From Octopus sinensis (taxonomy: Eukaryota): a DNA stretch of 64,000 bases. The stretch covers positions 55,986,001 to 56,050,000 of the forward strand of contig NC_043004.1 in NCBI RefSeq assembly GCF_006345805.1, in the 5' to 3' direction. The position numbers and the translations under genes were made by a program. The notes under the pieces are model-generated. The model saw only the letters and a list, made by a program, of their open reading frames with translations, made no database searches and had not been told where the DNA came from. Below, in pieces: positions 12,199 to 26,450 of the stretch; the first letter of the stretch is position 1; every line of letters starts with the position of its first letter.

Positions 12199-12294
12199 TG
12201 ACTACCGAGTAATGTAACATATTGTATAGATAAATTTCCTCTATTTACATAATATTGAGGTCTCTTTCTTTCTTTTGTTATCTTACCGTTTTAT

Positions 12295-12739
<445 letters not shown>

Positions 12740-12743
<4 letters not shown>

Positions 12744-12990
12744 CGCAGGAGTGGCTGTGTGGTAAGTAACTTGCTTATCAACTACATGGTTATGTTTGTG
12801 TATCTGTGTGTGTTTGTCCCCACAACATTGCTTGACAACCGATACTGTTGTATTTACGTCCCTGTCACTTAGCGGTTCGGCGAGAAATACCAATAGAATA
12901 AGTAATAGGGTTACAAAGAATAAGCCCTGGGGTCGATTTGCTGGACTAAAGGCGGTGTTCCAGCATGGCCGCAGTCAAATGACTGAAAAA
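12740..12990 (+). mobile_element. SINE family A, internally deleted variant
   Basis: Same deletion junction and diagnostic bases as 4056-4322. Confidence 0.8.
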
Positions 12991-13008
12991 AATTAAAGGA
13001 AAAACATA

Positions 13009-13045
<37 letters not shown>

Positions 13046-13347
13046 TCATGCACACACGTACACATTCACATACACACACATACACACGCACACACACTTG
13101 AGATTTAAAAAGGTACGATAGAGAAGCTCCCATTTGTTCGACTAAGACTCGAAGGCGCTGCTCCAGCATGGATGCAACCCCTCGAACGAAAGAAGGGAAA
13201 CAAGTAAAAAGGAAAGTAAATAAAAAAAGGTTTACAAAGAACCAGAAATATAAAGAAAATCTATTAAAAATGTCTAATTAATAATTTTCATTGATGCCAT
13301 CTAATATTTTGAAAACACGTTTTTATATAAATAAATAAATAAATATA

Positions 13348-13378
<31 letters not shown>

Positions 13379-13689
13379 ATGAACAAATAAATAATTGTGT
13401 AAACAAACAGATAAATAGATAAATAGTTTTGTTTGTTTTGCTATCATTCATGGTTGATCTTGATATTTTCCTTGTCTTCAAATATATGTTTGTGCTGTGT
13501 ATTCTTTAAGTGACCCGTGAATAAAGAAATAATAAGAGAAAATAAATCCTGGAGAAAATAATTCATGCTGACCTTTCGTTCATAAAAATATTTGATTTAT
13601 GGCTAAATCAGTTTTCCTACAGAATAGGTGGAATTAATTCACATTACTTCTTATGTGTGCATATGTATATGTATATGAAAGTATGTGTG

Positions 13690-14292
13690 TATGTATTTAT
13701 GTATGTATGTATGTATGTATGTATGTATGTATGTATGTATGTATGTATGTATGTATGTATGTATGTATGAATGTATGTATGTATGTACGTACGTACGTAC
13801 GTACGTATGTATGTATTTATGTATGTATGTATGTATGTATGTATGTATGTATGTATGTATGTATTTATGTATGTATGTATGTATGTATTTATGTATGTAT
13901 GTATGTATGTAAGTATGTATGTATGTATGTATGTATTTATGTATGTATGTATGTATGTATGTATGTATGTATGTATGTATGTATGTATGTATGTATGTAT
14001 GTATGTATGTATGTATTTATGTATGTATGTATTTATGTATGTATGTATGTATGTAAGTATGTATGTATGTATGTATTTATGTACGTACGTATGTATGTAT
14101 TTATGTATGTATGTATGTATGTATGTATGTATGTATGTATGTATGTATGTATGTATGTATGTATGTATGTATGTATTTATGTATGTATGTATGTATGTAA
14201 GTATGTATGTATGTATGTATGTATGTATGTATGTATGTATTTATGTATGTATGTATGTATGTAAGTATGTATGTATGTATGTATGTATGTAT
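13690..14292. repeat. (TATG)n tetranucleotide array
   Basis: Direct sequence. Confidence 0.97.
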
Positions 14293-14599
14293 ACACGTGT
14301 GTGTGTGTATGTGCATGTATGCGTTTGTGCTTGTGTGTACCCATGTATGAAAAAATGCATGTATGAACGAATGTGTGTGTGTGTATGTATATATACATAC
14401 ATATATGCCCGTGTGTCTGCGTGTATATATATGTGTACGTGTGTGTTTATATATATATATGTGTGTGTGTGTGTGTACACGTCTGTGTGTTTGCTGCAGT
14501 GTGTGTGTATGTGTGCGTGCGAGTGTATGTGAAAATAAACATACGTATACACGTTGTTTGTGAATTTATATTTACATATGGTAACTGCATATCATTCAA

Positions 14600-14843
<244 letters not shown>

Positions 14844-16479
14844 TAGCCATCTATCTCTCTGTCTGCCTAATGTTTATCTTTTTTTTTTTTATATTTATCT
14901 GTCTAATTGCAGGTGTGTGTGTTTAAAATGTTTTAGAGAATTATTTTCTTGTCTTCGCCATCACTTTCGTTTCCCTAATTTTCCATCTCATTCCCCATGA
15001 TTCTATTCATCATTGTTACTAACTCAATCTTACATCTTTCCCACTTATCCTTCACGGTCACACACACACACACACACACACACGCATACACACACACACA
15101 CGCACACACACACATACTGACGTGCACACAATTAGACAGAAAAACATACTATACATATACCTGAACAGAAAAACACACAGACACATACGCACACACACAC
15201 ACACTCACACTCAGACACACGCACACACGCATGCACGCGCGTACACACACAGGTACTCTGACACACATTCACATGTACTTGAACCGAAACAAAAACAAGC
15301 TCACACATGTACGCAAACACATACACACAGAGGCCATCCTGCCTCCTCATGTACACATATACACATGTTGTCTGGCCACTGTTTCACACTTTTGATATAT
15401 TGTTCGAGAAATCAAATAAAAATATATTTTTCTGTGAGACACAACGGGAAATCAACCACTCTAGACCAGAACAGCAAGAACAACGACGATAACAACAGCA
15501 ACAAAAACAACAACAACAACAACGACAACGACAACAACAAAACGTTCATCTACACCACTATCTCCACCATTACAATAACACAAGGCATCATTATACTACC
15601 ACTTCAACCACCATCCAAACCACTATAAACAACAACGAGAACACCACCAACACCTTCACAAAAAAAACAAAAAAACAACAGCAATAACAGCATTCCGAAA
15701 CTAAGCCAATCAACATATATATATAGGAATATAATGAGGCTAAATGTAGTGATTTATGTGCAATGAATGTTTGTTGTGAGGTAGATCGAATCAAGTTGAT
15801 TCCGTTCAAACTTTTAGTAAACATTCTGGCAGCAATGAAATTGTAATCTATAAAAGAGCAACTTAGAGATGTTTGATTGTATCAGAATAATCTTTGCTAC
15901 TAAGAGATTTTTCTAGTTTGTTTATTGTTGCCGCTATCGTAGTGGCAGTGATATTAGTCAGTGTTGCTGGTATAATTATTTTTGTTGTTTCCTTTGGGCA
16001 AAAAGATTTTTAAAAATGTATTTGAAATTCCCCAGATTACGAGATTGTTACATTGAGTAATATTGGACAGCAAGATTTTCAGGAGACATGTTCGAGAGTG
16101 TTGTTTCTTTATCCCCCTTTTACACTTTTTTTTTTTCATAGAAGAACTTCATTCACTCATTCTTTGTTCCTTCTACATTCGTTTGCTGATATATCGTTTT
16201 ACTATTTCTCCCCCCCCCCTCCTTGTATCTCTCTCCCCTCTCTCAGTCACACGCACGAACGCTCACACACAAACACATGCATACGTATGCATACATACGC
16301 AGGTATACGTATACAGACGCTACATGAGTAAATATCGTTGCAAAAAATATGTCAGCCATTGCGTGTTATCGTCGTTATTAATTCAAACAGATTTGTAGTC
16401 AACCATTTTGTGAATTTAGGTGCCAAAAATAAAAATAAAATCTCACAAAACAGTTTGATTGGGTCGAAAAAATAGGAGT

Positions 16480-17480
16480 TAAAGAGACAGAGGCTATGAT
16501 CTGTGCTATGGCTGTGCAATAGGAGAACCTCTACCAGAAACGAAAGTAGCTGGTTGAGTTATCTGAATGTTAGTTCGGTGGGATCGTTACATGGTTACAT
16601 GGGAAGATGATGGGTGACTTTAGCTGTTAACTTTAAAGGTCTGGTTATGGGAAATAAATAGGCCAAATGAGACGAGGTTCATTATCAAGCGGGCCGCATT
16701 ACTAAGAGAAATTCAAGATAAATTTTCGTTAGGCGTGCTATTCAGAAAGTCCGGTGGGCCTCTGTTTTCCCATGACTTATTTAAGAGATATGGGAATAAA
16801 GCAATTTATAGCGAAATCAGAGTTAAGGCTTCACCTTTTAGGAAGCATATGCACTGGCCACCAAGGAACCGGTTAGTGTCAGTTTAGTTCTGGAATTCGC
16901 TCACAGAGAGAGGTGGTGTGCGGAAGGGTTTGAAAGGGGGGACATATATTAAGGATAAAATGCTCTGCGTTGGAGAGTGAAAAGTTAAAGAATAGTCACA
17001 GATATGTATAGAGGTGTGATAGGTCTATGGATATTAGGGGCAGCGAAAATTAGCTTTGTGAATTGGTGGAGTTGATGGGTTTTCGTGTACAGGGCGAAGT
17101 GGAACAAGATTTGGTTAAACTGATGCGTATAAAGAGCGATAGGCAATAGGTGAATTATTGAAATAGATATGCTATGGAGTGGGCAATAAGTAGGTAGAGA
17201 AAAGGAGCCGGGAGTAGTAAATATCGTAGTTCAATGCAGGGAGATGTGAACAAGTGAATTAAATGATGACGAGCCTGTATATTTGGGAATAACGAGCACC
17301 ATTAGGCTCAATGAAAGAAGCAAAGTAGCTGGCGCGTTTGAAACTGACGGAAACCACAAAGGTACAGTTATGGTTGAGGCAGTACTTAAAGAAGGTAATA
17401 CAGGTTGCAAGAACGCATTGTGGTAAAGATAGGTTTATAAATTTCTAAGAATATGTGATGGTGACCGAGAAAATTACGTG
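16480..17480 (-). mobile_element. Possible heavily decayed LINE RT C-terminal region
   Basis: Higher-complexity island with only faint resemblance to CR1/L2 C-terminal spacing; no intact motif. Confidence 0.3.
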
Positions 17481-18689
17481 TCTGAATCCCATGATCGTGA
17501 CATTTATATCCCTTAGTGTACGCTCTCTTTTTTTCTGCTGAAAAACAACTTCTTCACTCCACTCATCTCATATCTGTTTTACTAGTATATCTGATCCAAC
17601 AATGTGATTTTTCTCTATAACATATTTGGTTCATTTCCCCTTTACATCTATTTTGATAAAGAAGATTTATCTGATCGTTAATTCTTCTTTTTCTTCTCTC
17701 CACAAACAATTACATTGACTTTGTAAAATTTTTTGCGTTTTTTTGTTCTTTATTTTGTTTTCCCTTCCTTTTACTCGTGTCTCACTTGGATAAAATTTGT
17801 ACCATTCTTTGAACTCTTTGTATTCGCAAAATCGTTTCTTTATCGTGGATACTTTTTCCGTGATTAAACAGTTTAAATATATAGCTGGTTTAATGATTTA
17901 ATACTTATCGTTTTAAAACGGAGTTTACATCTTTGACCTTCTTAATATTGCTTTTTGAAAAACATCAAATGGAGGGATATTTTTGTCTCTCGATATAATT
18001 TTATTCGTTATTTTTTATGCTATTTCGTTGAACATAAATTGACTACCAGTTAGTGTATATTGATTATATGAAATATCATTGGATTTTGATTACTTTTCTT
18101 ATCTTTCTTATAACAACGAGTCCTACACTAAGAAAATGGAAGCTGTAGACTCATTTCTTTTAAAACTCTACTCTTGCTATCTATAGAGAATTTACAAGTT
18201 TTGATGCTGATAAGATAAAGACATTGTAACGTTTTGGCTATTTTCTGTCTGTAGGGGAAGGATAAAATCTATATTCTTATATTCCAAGACCCCAAAGAAT
18301 GGGAGAAGGTAAACGATGAATAAATCGTAATTCAAGGGTTATTCTCAAACTGAAGATTGCTTCGAATATTCCTAAATAGTTTCTACCAGTTACCCAAAAG
18401 CTAGATAGCTGTGTCAAACTAAGTAGCAGTTTAGGTATATCACCATAATTACCAGGCAAAGAAAGTGTTTATACATTTTGCTAGTTACCGTTAGAGTTGG
18501 AAATTTTGAATATTGAATAGTTGAACAAGACTGTAAGGTGAGAGGTTTACTTTCCTATCACATTGTTTCGGGTTCAGTTCCTTAGACAAGTGACCTCTAC
18601 ACTTAGCTCGAACTAACCAAAGCCCTGTGAGTGTACTTGTTTGACAGAAACTGAAAGAAGCCAGTCATCTATATATATATATCCATCTC

Positions 18690-18763
<74 letters not shown>

Positions 18764-18764
<1 letters not shown>

Positions 18765-18907
18765 TCTTTACTCTTTACTCTTTTACTTGTTTCAGCCATT
18801 TGACTGCGGCCATGCTGGAGCACCGCCTTTAGTCGAGCAAATCGACCCCGGGACTTATTCTTTGTAAGCCCAGTACTTATTCTATCGGTCTCTTTTGCCG
18901 AACCGCT
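18764..18907 (-). mobile_element. SINE family A 3' part
   Basis: CTCTTTTA x3 tail and the 3' domain. Confidence 0.8.
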
Positions 18908-18973
18908 ATGTATATACATGTGCACATACATACATACACGCACACACATATTGACATGTATATTATTTATATC

Positions 18974-19018
<45 letters not shown>

Positions 19019-19029
19019 TGTGTGTGTGT

Positions 19030-19435
19030 GTGTGTGCGTGCGTACGTGTGTATATATACAACATTATATACACATATATATATAATACGAGAAGAATTCA
19101 CGAAAAAACAAAAGACAAAGACAGGTGGTGTTGAAAACAAACAGATGTATTAGTATAACGCTCGGGAATTGAAAAAGGCTCGAGCCTACGCTCTTCCACA
19201 AAAGGAGCACAGAAAGAAGCAAGGAGAGAAACATGGAGAGAAAAAAATGTGTGTAGTGGCTACCGATCTATCATGGCTACAGATATATATATATATATGA
19301 GTAGTTGAATGAATTATCTTATTAAGGATAATTCGAAAGATAACCGATACCTGAGTAGCAAATTCACATCGAAACATATGTCGAAAATAAAGGAAATTTG
19401 TTAACAAGTCGTTCAACTCCATTCTTTCATAAACT

Positions 19436-19469
<34 letters not shown>

Positions 19470-20158
19470 TAGGCACACACGCACACATGTTTGTGTGTGT
19501 ATTAGTGTTCGTCTACCGCCCCTGCTTGACAACAGGTGCCGGTTTATCTCCACCCCGCAACATAGCGCTTAGTCAAAACAAACCCATAGAATAAGTACAT
19601 GACTATGAAAAAGTACTGGGTGTTAATTTATTTGACTAAAACGCCCTGCATGTGGGTCCCTTAGTATGGCTGCATTCCAATGATTGAAGCAAGTAAAAGA
19701 AAAAAAAACAGAATTTCAACTTCATCGATAAATACATTTTAAATTTGATATTTAAATAAATAACTTGAATTCGTAATAAAAACACCAAATAGTCAATGAT
19801 ACTCTCAACCTAAAAGTCCAGCCACAATCTCCAGTTGTTGGAGGAATTTAAGTCATAATAACAAAAGTCCATTCTTGCAACTTCTGCAGATCCATATACA
19901 AAGAAAATTAAGTTTGAGGTTCAACCACGAACCCTAAATCTTGAATATTTTAGAATATGCATAATTGGTATTGTTGTGTGTGGTAGTGTGGTAGGCGCAG
20001 GAGTGGCTGTGTGGTAAATAGCTTGCTTACCAACCACATGGTTCCGGGTTCAATCCCACTGCGTGGCACCTTGGGCAAGTGTCTTCTGCTATAGCCCCGG
20101 GCCGACCAATGCCTTGTGAGTGGATTTGGTAGACGAAAACTGAAAGAAGCCTGTCGTA

Positions 20159-20210
<52 letters not shown>

Positions 20211-20612
20211 CGTGCGTACGTGTGTATATATACAACATTATATACACATATATATATAATACGAGAAGAATTCACGAAAAAACAAAAGACAAAGACAGGT
20301 GGTGTTGAAAACAAACAGATGTATTAGTATAACGCTCGGGAATTGAAAAAGGCTCGAGCCTACGCTCTTCCACAAAAGGAGCACAGAAAGAAGCAAGGAG
20401 AGAAACATGGAGAGAAAAAAATGTGTGTAGTGGCTACCGATCTATCATGGCTACAGATATATATATATATATATATGAGTAGTTGAATGAATTATCTTAT
20501 TAAGGATAATTCGAAAGATAACCGATACCTGAGTAGCAAATTCACATCGAAACATATGTCGAAAATAAAGGAAATTGTTAACAAGTCGTTCAACTCCATT
20601 CTTTCATAAACT

Positions 20613-20646
<34 letters not shown>

Positions 20647-21334
20647 TAGGCACACACGCACACATGTTTGTGTGTGTATTAGTGTTCGTCTACCGCCCCT
20701 GCTTGACAACAGGTGCCGGTTTATCTCCACCCCGCAACATAGCGCTTAGTCAAAACAAACCCATAGAATAAGTACATGACTATGAAAAAGTACTGGGTGT
20801 TAATTTATTTGACTAAAACGCCCTGCATGTGGGTCCCTTAGTATGGCTGCATTCCAATGATTGAAGCAAGTAAAAGAAAAAAAAACAGAATTTCAACTTC
20901 ATCGATAAATACATTTTAAATTTGATATTTAAATAAATAACTTGAATTCGTAATAAAAACACCAAATAGTCAATGATACTCTCAACCTAAAAGTCCAGCC
21001 ACAATCTCCAGTTGTTGGAGGAATTTAAGTCATAATAACAAAAGTCCATTCTTGCAACTTCTGCAGATCCATATACAAAGAAAATTAAGTTTGAGGTTCA
21101 ACCACGAACCCTAAATCTTGAATATTTTAGAATATGCATAATTGGTATTGTTGTGTGTGGTAGTGTGGTAGGCGCAGGAGTGGCTGTGTGGTAAATAGCT
21201 TGCTTACCAACCACATGGTTCCGGGTTCAATCCCACTGCGTGGCACCTTGGGCAAGTGTCTTCTGCTATAGCCCCGGCCGACCAATGCCTTGTGAGTGGA
21301 TTTGGTAGACGAAAACTGAAAGAAGCCTGTCGTA

Positions 21335-21388
<54 letters not shown>

Positions 21389-21390
21389 CG
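19030..21390. repeat. Near-identical tandem duplication, period ~1175 bp
   Basis: ACGAGAAGAATTCACG at 19087 and 20261. Copies differ only in microsatellite length and single-base indels. Confidence 0.93.
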
Positions 21391-21600
21391 TGTTTGTGTG
21401 TCTGTGTTTGTCGCCCTAGCATTGCTTGACAACCGATGCTGGTGTGTTTACGACCCCGTCACTTAGCGGTTCGGCAAAAGAGACCGATAGAATAAGTACT
21501 GGGCTTACAAAAGAATAAGTCCCGAGGTCGAGTTGCTCGACTAAAGGCGGTGCTCCAGCATGGCCGCAGTCAAATGACTGAAACAAGTAAAAGAGTAAAA
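21173..21600 (+). mobile_element. SINE family A, full length (tRNA-like head, CORE-like CCTTGGGCAAG, internal TA/TG tract, GAGTAAAA tail)
   Basis: Direct sequence; many dispersed copies in the window. Confidence 0.9.
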
Positions 21601-21786
21601 GAGAGAGAGAGAGAGAGAGTGCGTGGTCCTTAGGTCCTGATGGATGCGTAGAGGCAATATTGTGACATGCCATGGGGATTTTCCTTTTGAAAATACGGTG
21701 GAGCCCATTTTTTCGATTTTTCTATCTAAATACTGCCGATGTCGTCTTGTATGTATGTGTGTTTGTAAGCATGAAAAAGAGAGAAG

Positions 21787-21844
<58 letters not shown>

Positions 21845-22133
21845 CGACCCTAGTAGTGATATTTTATTTATTGACCTAGAAAGGTTAACAACCAAAGCTG
21901 ACCGCGGCTGTACTTGTACTCACATCACAGGGAGCCGGAACCAATAACGCAAAGGATTCTTTCAGACAGTCTAACTCCTCTGCCAATTAAAAGGATTTAT
22001 TTTTTGAAAATTATATAAACAATTTATCACATTTAACATAAACAGTTGAAAAAATAATATTATTGAATTTCTTTCAAGAATTTAGCATTTTCACCTGGAG
22101 TTTTTAAAATTTCTAACTTCATATATTTTAAAG

Positions 22134-22423
22134 CAGTGATTCCCAACGTGGGGCATACGCCCCGCCACTGCAACCTGGAAAAATTGTGGTGAGGCGTGGT
22201 TCTGTAGTAGTCAAGCACAAGGTTTCATAGGTTTTCTTAGTCAATAATGTACTTATGTTTTTGTACTCAATACTTTATAAAAGAGTAACCAGTAGATTCT
22301 TTTGTTAAATAATTTTGATAAAATATTAAGAATAAAGTTGATTTTTTTCCAACCACTGGTGGGGCATACATTTTTCTGGAAAGTTACAGTGGGAGCTGGG
22401 AGAAAATAGGTTGGGAAATACTG
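22134..22423. mobile_element. hAT-type MITE
   Basis: TIRs CAGTGATTCCCAAC / GTTGGGAAATACTG; 8-bp TSD TTTTAAAG / TTTTAAAA. Confidence 0.8.
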
Positions 22424-23157
22424 TTTTAAAATTTAAATGCTATTTGTTCTTTTTTTCAAAACTGTTAAACGAAATATTTCCAGTGTTCCTGGAAAGAGTT
22501 AAAACATTCTGGAAAATATCCAGTAGCGATCCAGTTAAATATAACCCAAGATAACAGAAGCATTCTGAAGGAAAGGCAAAAGATAAAATGAAAATCTATT
22601 ATATTTGAAATTAATCGAAAGAGATCGGACTATCCTATTACTTCATGTTTCAGCAATACTCTTCAATATTCAAAGTATAAAAAGCGAATGAATATCTGTC
22701 TACTTCAAAATTCTGCTTTTATGCATAACATAATCACATCAACAATAAAATACATGATTTATTTCAAATATTGTTCTAATGTAATACTTACTTCATATTG
22801 GTTGGCTGCCATTCAAACCAGCTTTTGTTATCAGGCAGAATACGAGATATAAGAGAACTAAATATTTTTGTGAAGGCGCCGTTTCGTATTTCAAACCCTT
22901 CTGTTTTATATTATCCCGACTTATGATTTTGTAGTAATTCAATTTTCTAATCTATTGTGCATTACAACCATTTGGCCAGGTCAAATCCATCGCTTAAATT
23001 ATTCAATGCTAACTTCAGCTAAAAGGGAAAATATAGGAATTACTTGTCGGGAGGCTCATATCCTTATAATTATACAAAATACATACATTGCTCTTTCCTT
23101 ATCCGCTTTCTTCGTTTGAGAACATTCCAAATAATAGGCTATAAAAACTCAGTGTTT

Positions 23158-23159
<2 letters not shown>

Positions 23160-23247
<88 letters not shown>

Positions 23248-23248
23248 C
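23160..23248. repeat. (TCTA)n array
   Basis: Direct sequence. Confidence 0.95.
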
Positions 23249-23432
23249 ATACGTGGATGAGCGGTGAGAAGTTTGCTTTCAAACCACATGGATTCACTTT
23301 AGTCCCACTGCATGGCACCTTGTTTGTATCGAAATGTAACTGAATACTAGGTTTTCCTGTAAAATGTTTTAGAAGCATTATATAAAAAGATACCGCAATT
23401 AAGAAAACTGCATATTTTAGGAGCATAGTAAA

Positions 23433-23832
23433 ATCTTTATATATAAAAGTCAAGTTGTGTGTCTGTCTCCTACGATTTAGATTTCTAACTACTCCCACAT
23501 TTTGCGGTGCAGTGTAACCAAAAACGGGTATCTCATAGTCGTGATTCATATCGAGCCCTTCTGGGTATTAGCGCGCGTCTACGATGAGTCTACGATTTTA
23601 AAAATAATTTACCATTATTTTTTCCATTTTAATGCATTTTTTCGCTATTATATAAGGGAAGTAACTCTCTAAAAATGTCTACGATGAATCAATGATTTAA
23701 AAAAAAAATTACCATCATTTTTTTTTCCATTTTTAGTGCATTTTTTTGCTATTTTTTGGCTATAACTCTCTAAAAATGCTTATATAGTTGTTTCCCTTAC
23801 AAACCCGAGCAACGCCGGGCGATACTGCTAGT
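23433..23832 (-). mobile_element. Helitron-like non-autonomous element, copy 3
   Basis: Reverse complement of 120-422, with an internal partial duplication. Confidence 0.6.
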
Positions 23833-23947
23833 TATGTATAAAATAACTGAGTCAATTTTTTTACCCTACTTAAGAAACTCAACGCATTCAGTGGTTTTCT
23901 CATACTCGGCGATGAAGATCATAAGGAAACAATATAATTGAAGATTT

Positions 23948-24075
23948 CCGCCGAGGTAGACTTTGCCTTTTATCCTTTCGGGGTCGATAAATTAAGTACC
24001 AGTTGCGTACTGGAGTCGATCTAATCGACTGCCTCTTCCCTCCCAAATTTCGGACCTTGTGCCTAGAGTAGAAAG
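23948..24075 (+). mobile_element. SINE family B 3' part
   Basis: CTTTCGGGGTCGATAAATTAAGTACC motif. Confidence 0.75.
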
Positions 24076-24182
24076 AATATAACTCAAGTTTTAAAATACT
24101 TACTATGCTAGATCCAACGATTAATATATCTAAACTTGGTTTCGGGTTTTAATCTATTTTATACGTGTATGTCAGTTTAAAG

Positions 24183-25339
24183 CAGGGGTGGAGTAACGTT
24201 TCGGTGCAGCGGGCAAAATTTTCCAAAGAAAAAGGTCCGCGGCGGGATCACAAATTCTAACTTTTATATCTGTGTAAATCTTGTATATATCTACGCATAA
24301 TTCGATAGGCATTTATAAAGATAAATGTAACACATTAAGTTAACGCGTAACATCTTAACGCCGCCACTGAATTTAGGACGCTTATATAACTTTTGAGGTA
24401 TTTTGTATTTTTCAAAATGTCCCTATCCTAATTTTGGAGAAATCATAACAATCAAACACAGACCAAATTTAATTTTGAAAAATTCCATTAATACCTAGAT
24501 AACATTATATGCCAATGACATGTTTAAGTAAATTTATCTTAGTGATAATTTTATCAAGGCTAATTAACCTTGACATTAAAATTTGATTTTGTTTAGTGAA
24601 AAGGACGAAATTGCTACTTTTTTTTGTCCACATAGGTGTTGATAAGTAAGTCGGTAGGTAAGGGCGATAACTGATAAGCAAGTGGGCAGGGAAGGGCGAT
24701 AACTGATAAGACGATGACAAAAGTAACTCCTGTTGACCTTCTTGACACACCTTTCGAAAAAAAGTTTCCCTCCTTCTTCAAGAAAAAGTAATATCTTATA
24801 ATCCTGTTCATAAAGCGCCAAATTAATATTTTCTGTTTCGATGAGGCTTTACCAATTTGTTTTAGCTTGTTAATAGATTTTTGAATATTTTTTTGACAGA
24901 AACAGGGTGAATGTAGATTTTGGAGACATTTTCTTCGTAAAAACGTGAAAAATGAAGGAAAAATTTTAATATTTGGGGTTCTTGGACATGAACAATTTTT
25001 ACAAAGTATCTTTTACAATCTTTTAGCTTTCGTTTCGTATGCAATATATTTTTAATTTAGTTTTCTCAGCTAGAGTGTAGTTGGGTCTCAAGGGGGTGGT
25101 ACAAACTTAGCAAAATTTATTTTATGGGGAAAACAAAATTTCCATTCAAATGGCAATTACTGGACGACTTTTGTTCGAGTCTGACCGTTTTAAGTCGTAA
25201 TAGAAACGCGACATATGTTGGAAATAGGCATACAAGTATTGAATAAATTTTATAATTGTAAAATTTAGTATATTTTGTACATACCATTATATCAACATGC
25301 GGGCGCAATAAAATGGAGACGCGGGGTTTCCCCACCCCT
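24183..25339. mobile_element. Non-autonomous hAT element
   Basis: TIRs CAGGGGTGG / CCACCCCTG; 8-bp TSD GTTTAAAG / GTTTAAAT. Confidence 0.75.
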
Positions 25340-25357
25340 GGTTTAAATCTAAACTCG

Positions 25358-25770
25358 TTTACTCTTTTACTCCTTTACTATTTTTCAGTCATTTGACTGC
25401 GACCATGCTGGAGCACCGCCTTTAGTCGAGCAACTCGACCTCAGAACTTATTCTTTGTAAGCCTAGCACTTATTCTATCGGTCTCTTATTGCCGAACCGC
25501 TAAGTTACGGGAACACACAAACACACCAGCATCGGTGGTCAAGCGATGTTGGGGGGGGGGGGACACAGACACTCAAACATATACACACACATACACATAT
25601 ACATACATATATACGACGGGCTTCTTTCAGTTTCCGTCTCACAAGGCTTTGGTCGGCCCGAGGCTATAGCAGAAGACACTTGCCCAAGGTGCCACTCAGT
25701 GGGACTGAACTCAGAACCATGTGGTTGGTAAGCAAGCTACTTACCTCACAGCCACTCCTGCGCCTATAAA
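25358..25770 (-). mobile_element. SINE family A, full length
   Basis: Reverse complement of the 21173-21600 family. Confidence 0.88.
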
Positions 25771-25877
25771 AACATCATCCATTTCAATGTTGTATTTCAT
25801 GCTTCTCTCCATTACGTTCTGCTTGAACATTCATGCATTGTACTTTGATTAATGTTTTGGGATTACGAGCGCGCGCG

Positions 25878-25918
<41 letters not shown>

Positions 25919-26117
25919 ACACACACAAACACACACACACTCTCTTACGTACAAAAAATGACGCACTAGTATATGAACAGATTATAAAGTCATTAACTAA
26001 GCATATCGGAGATCAGAAAAATGCATACATGGTCACGATGGAAGATGGTTCTAATTGAAATAGAAATTCTGTCTGCAAAGAAATAAGCAAAAAGCCGTTT
26101 GCATTTTAGCAATCGGA

Positions 26118-26450
26118 TTATTGCATAATTAAATATTTAATAAAGCATACCTCTTTACTTTATTTTTTAGTTATTTCCCATAGATTATGAAACGCGAAAG
26201 AAAAATTCTGTTCACGGAATGCGCCAAACGGCAGTAAATTGAACATTCAAACTGTGTTTTGTGCTTCTTGTATTCAACGGTGTTAAATGTAAATCGATCT
26301 TCATGCTTTGAGCATTTTGCAGTTTGTAGTAATACTGGATTGATAATGTTTTATGATTACAAAAAACAAACAAACCAACTATATATTAATTGAATCGATA
26401 TTGGTTTCATTGAATCTTCGCACTTGGGGATATGCAACGCTCTATATTCT
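26118..26450 (+). repeat. ~340-bp unit, copy 1 (leads into the minisatellite)
   Basis: Homologous to 31277-31625 (TTGCATAATTAAATATTTAATAAAG ... CAAACGGCAG.AAATTGAACAT ... TTGAATCTT.GCACTT). Confidence 0.8.

Larger units (their letters stand above)
8718..12232 (-). mobile_element. Penelope-like retroelement with ~1 kb inverted arms (8718-9738 and 11214-12232)
   Basis: RT and GIY-YIG ORF segments on the minus strand; the right arm is a ~99% identical inverted copy of the 3' kilobase; left flank is (TA)n. Confidence 0.93.

Noticed and set aside
17520-18460. Possible coding remnant in an AT-rich block
   Set aside because: Only short ORFs with no recognisable motif.
19170-19200. Hammerhead at the GAGCGTAGGCTC stem (minus strand)
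   Set aside because: GAAAC and the cleavage triplet are absent and the core is degenerate; at most a relic.
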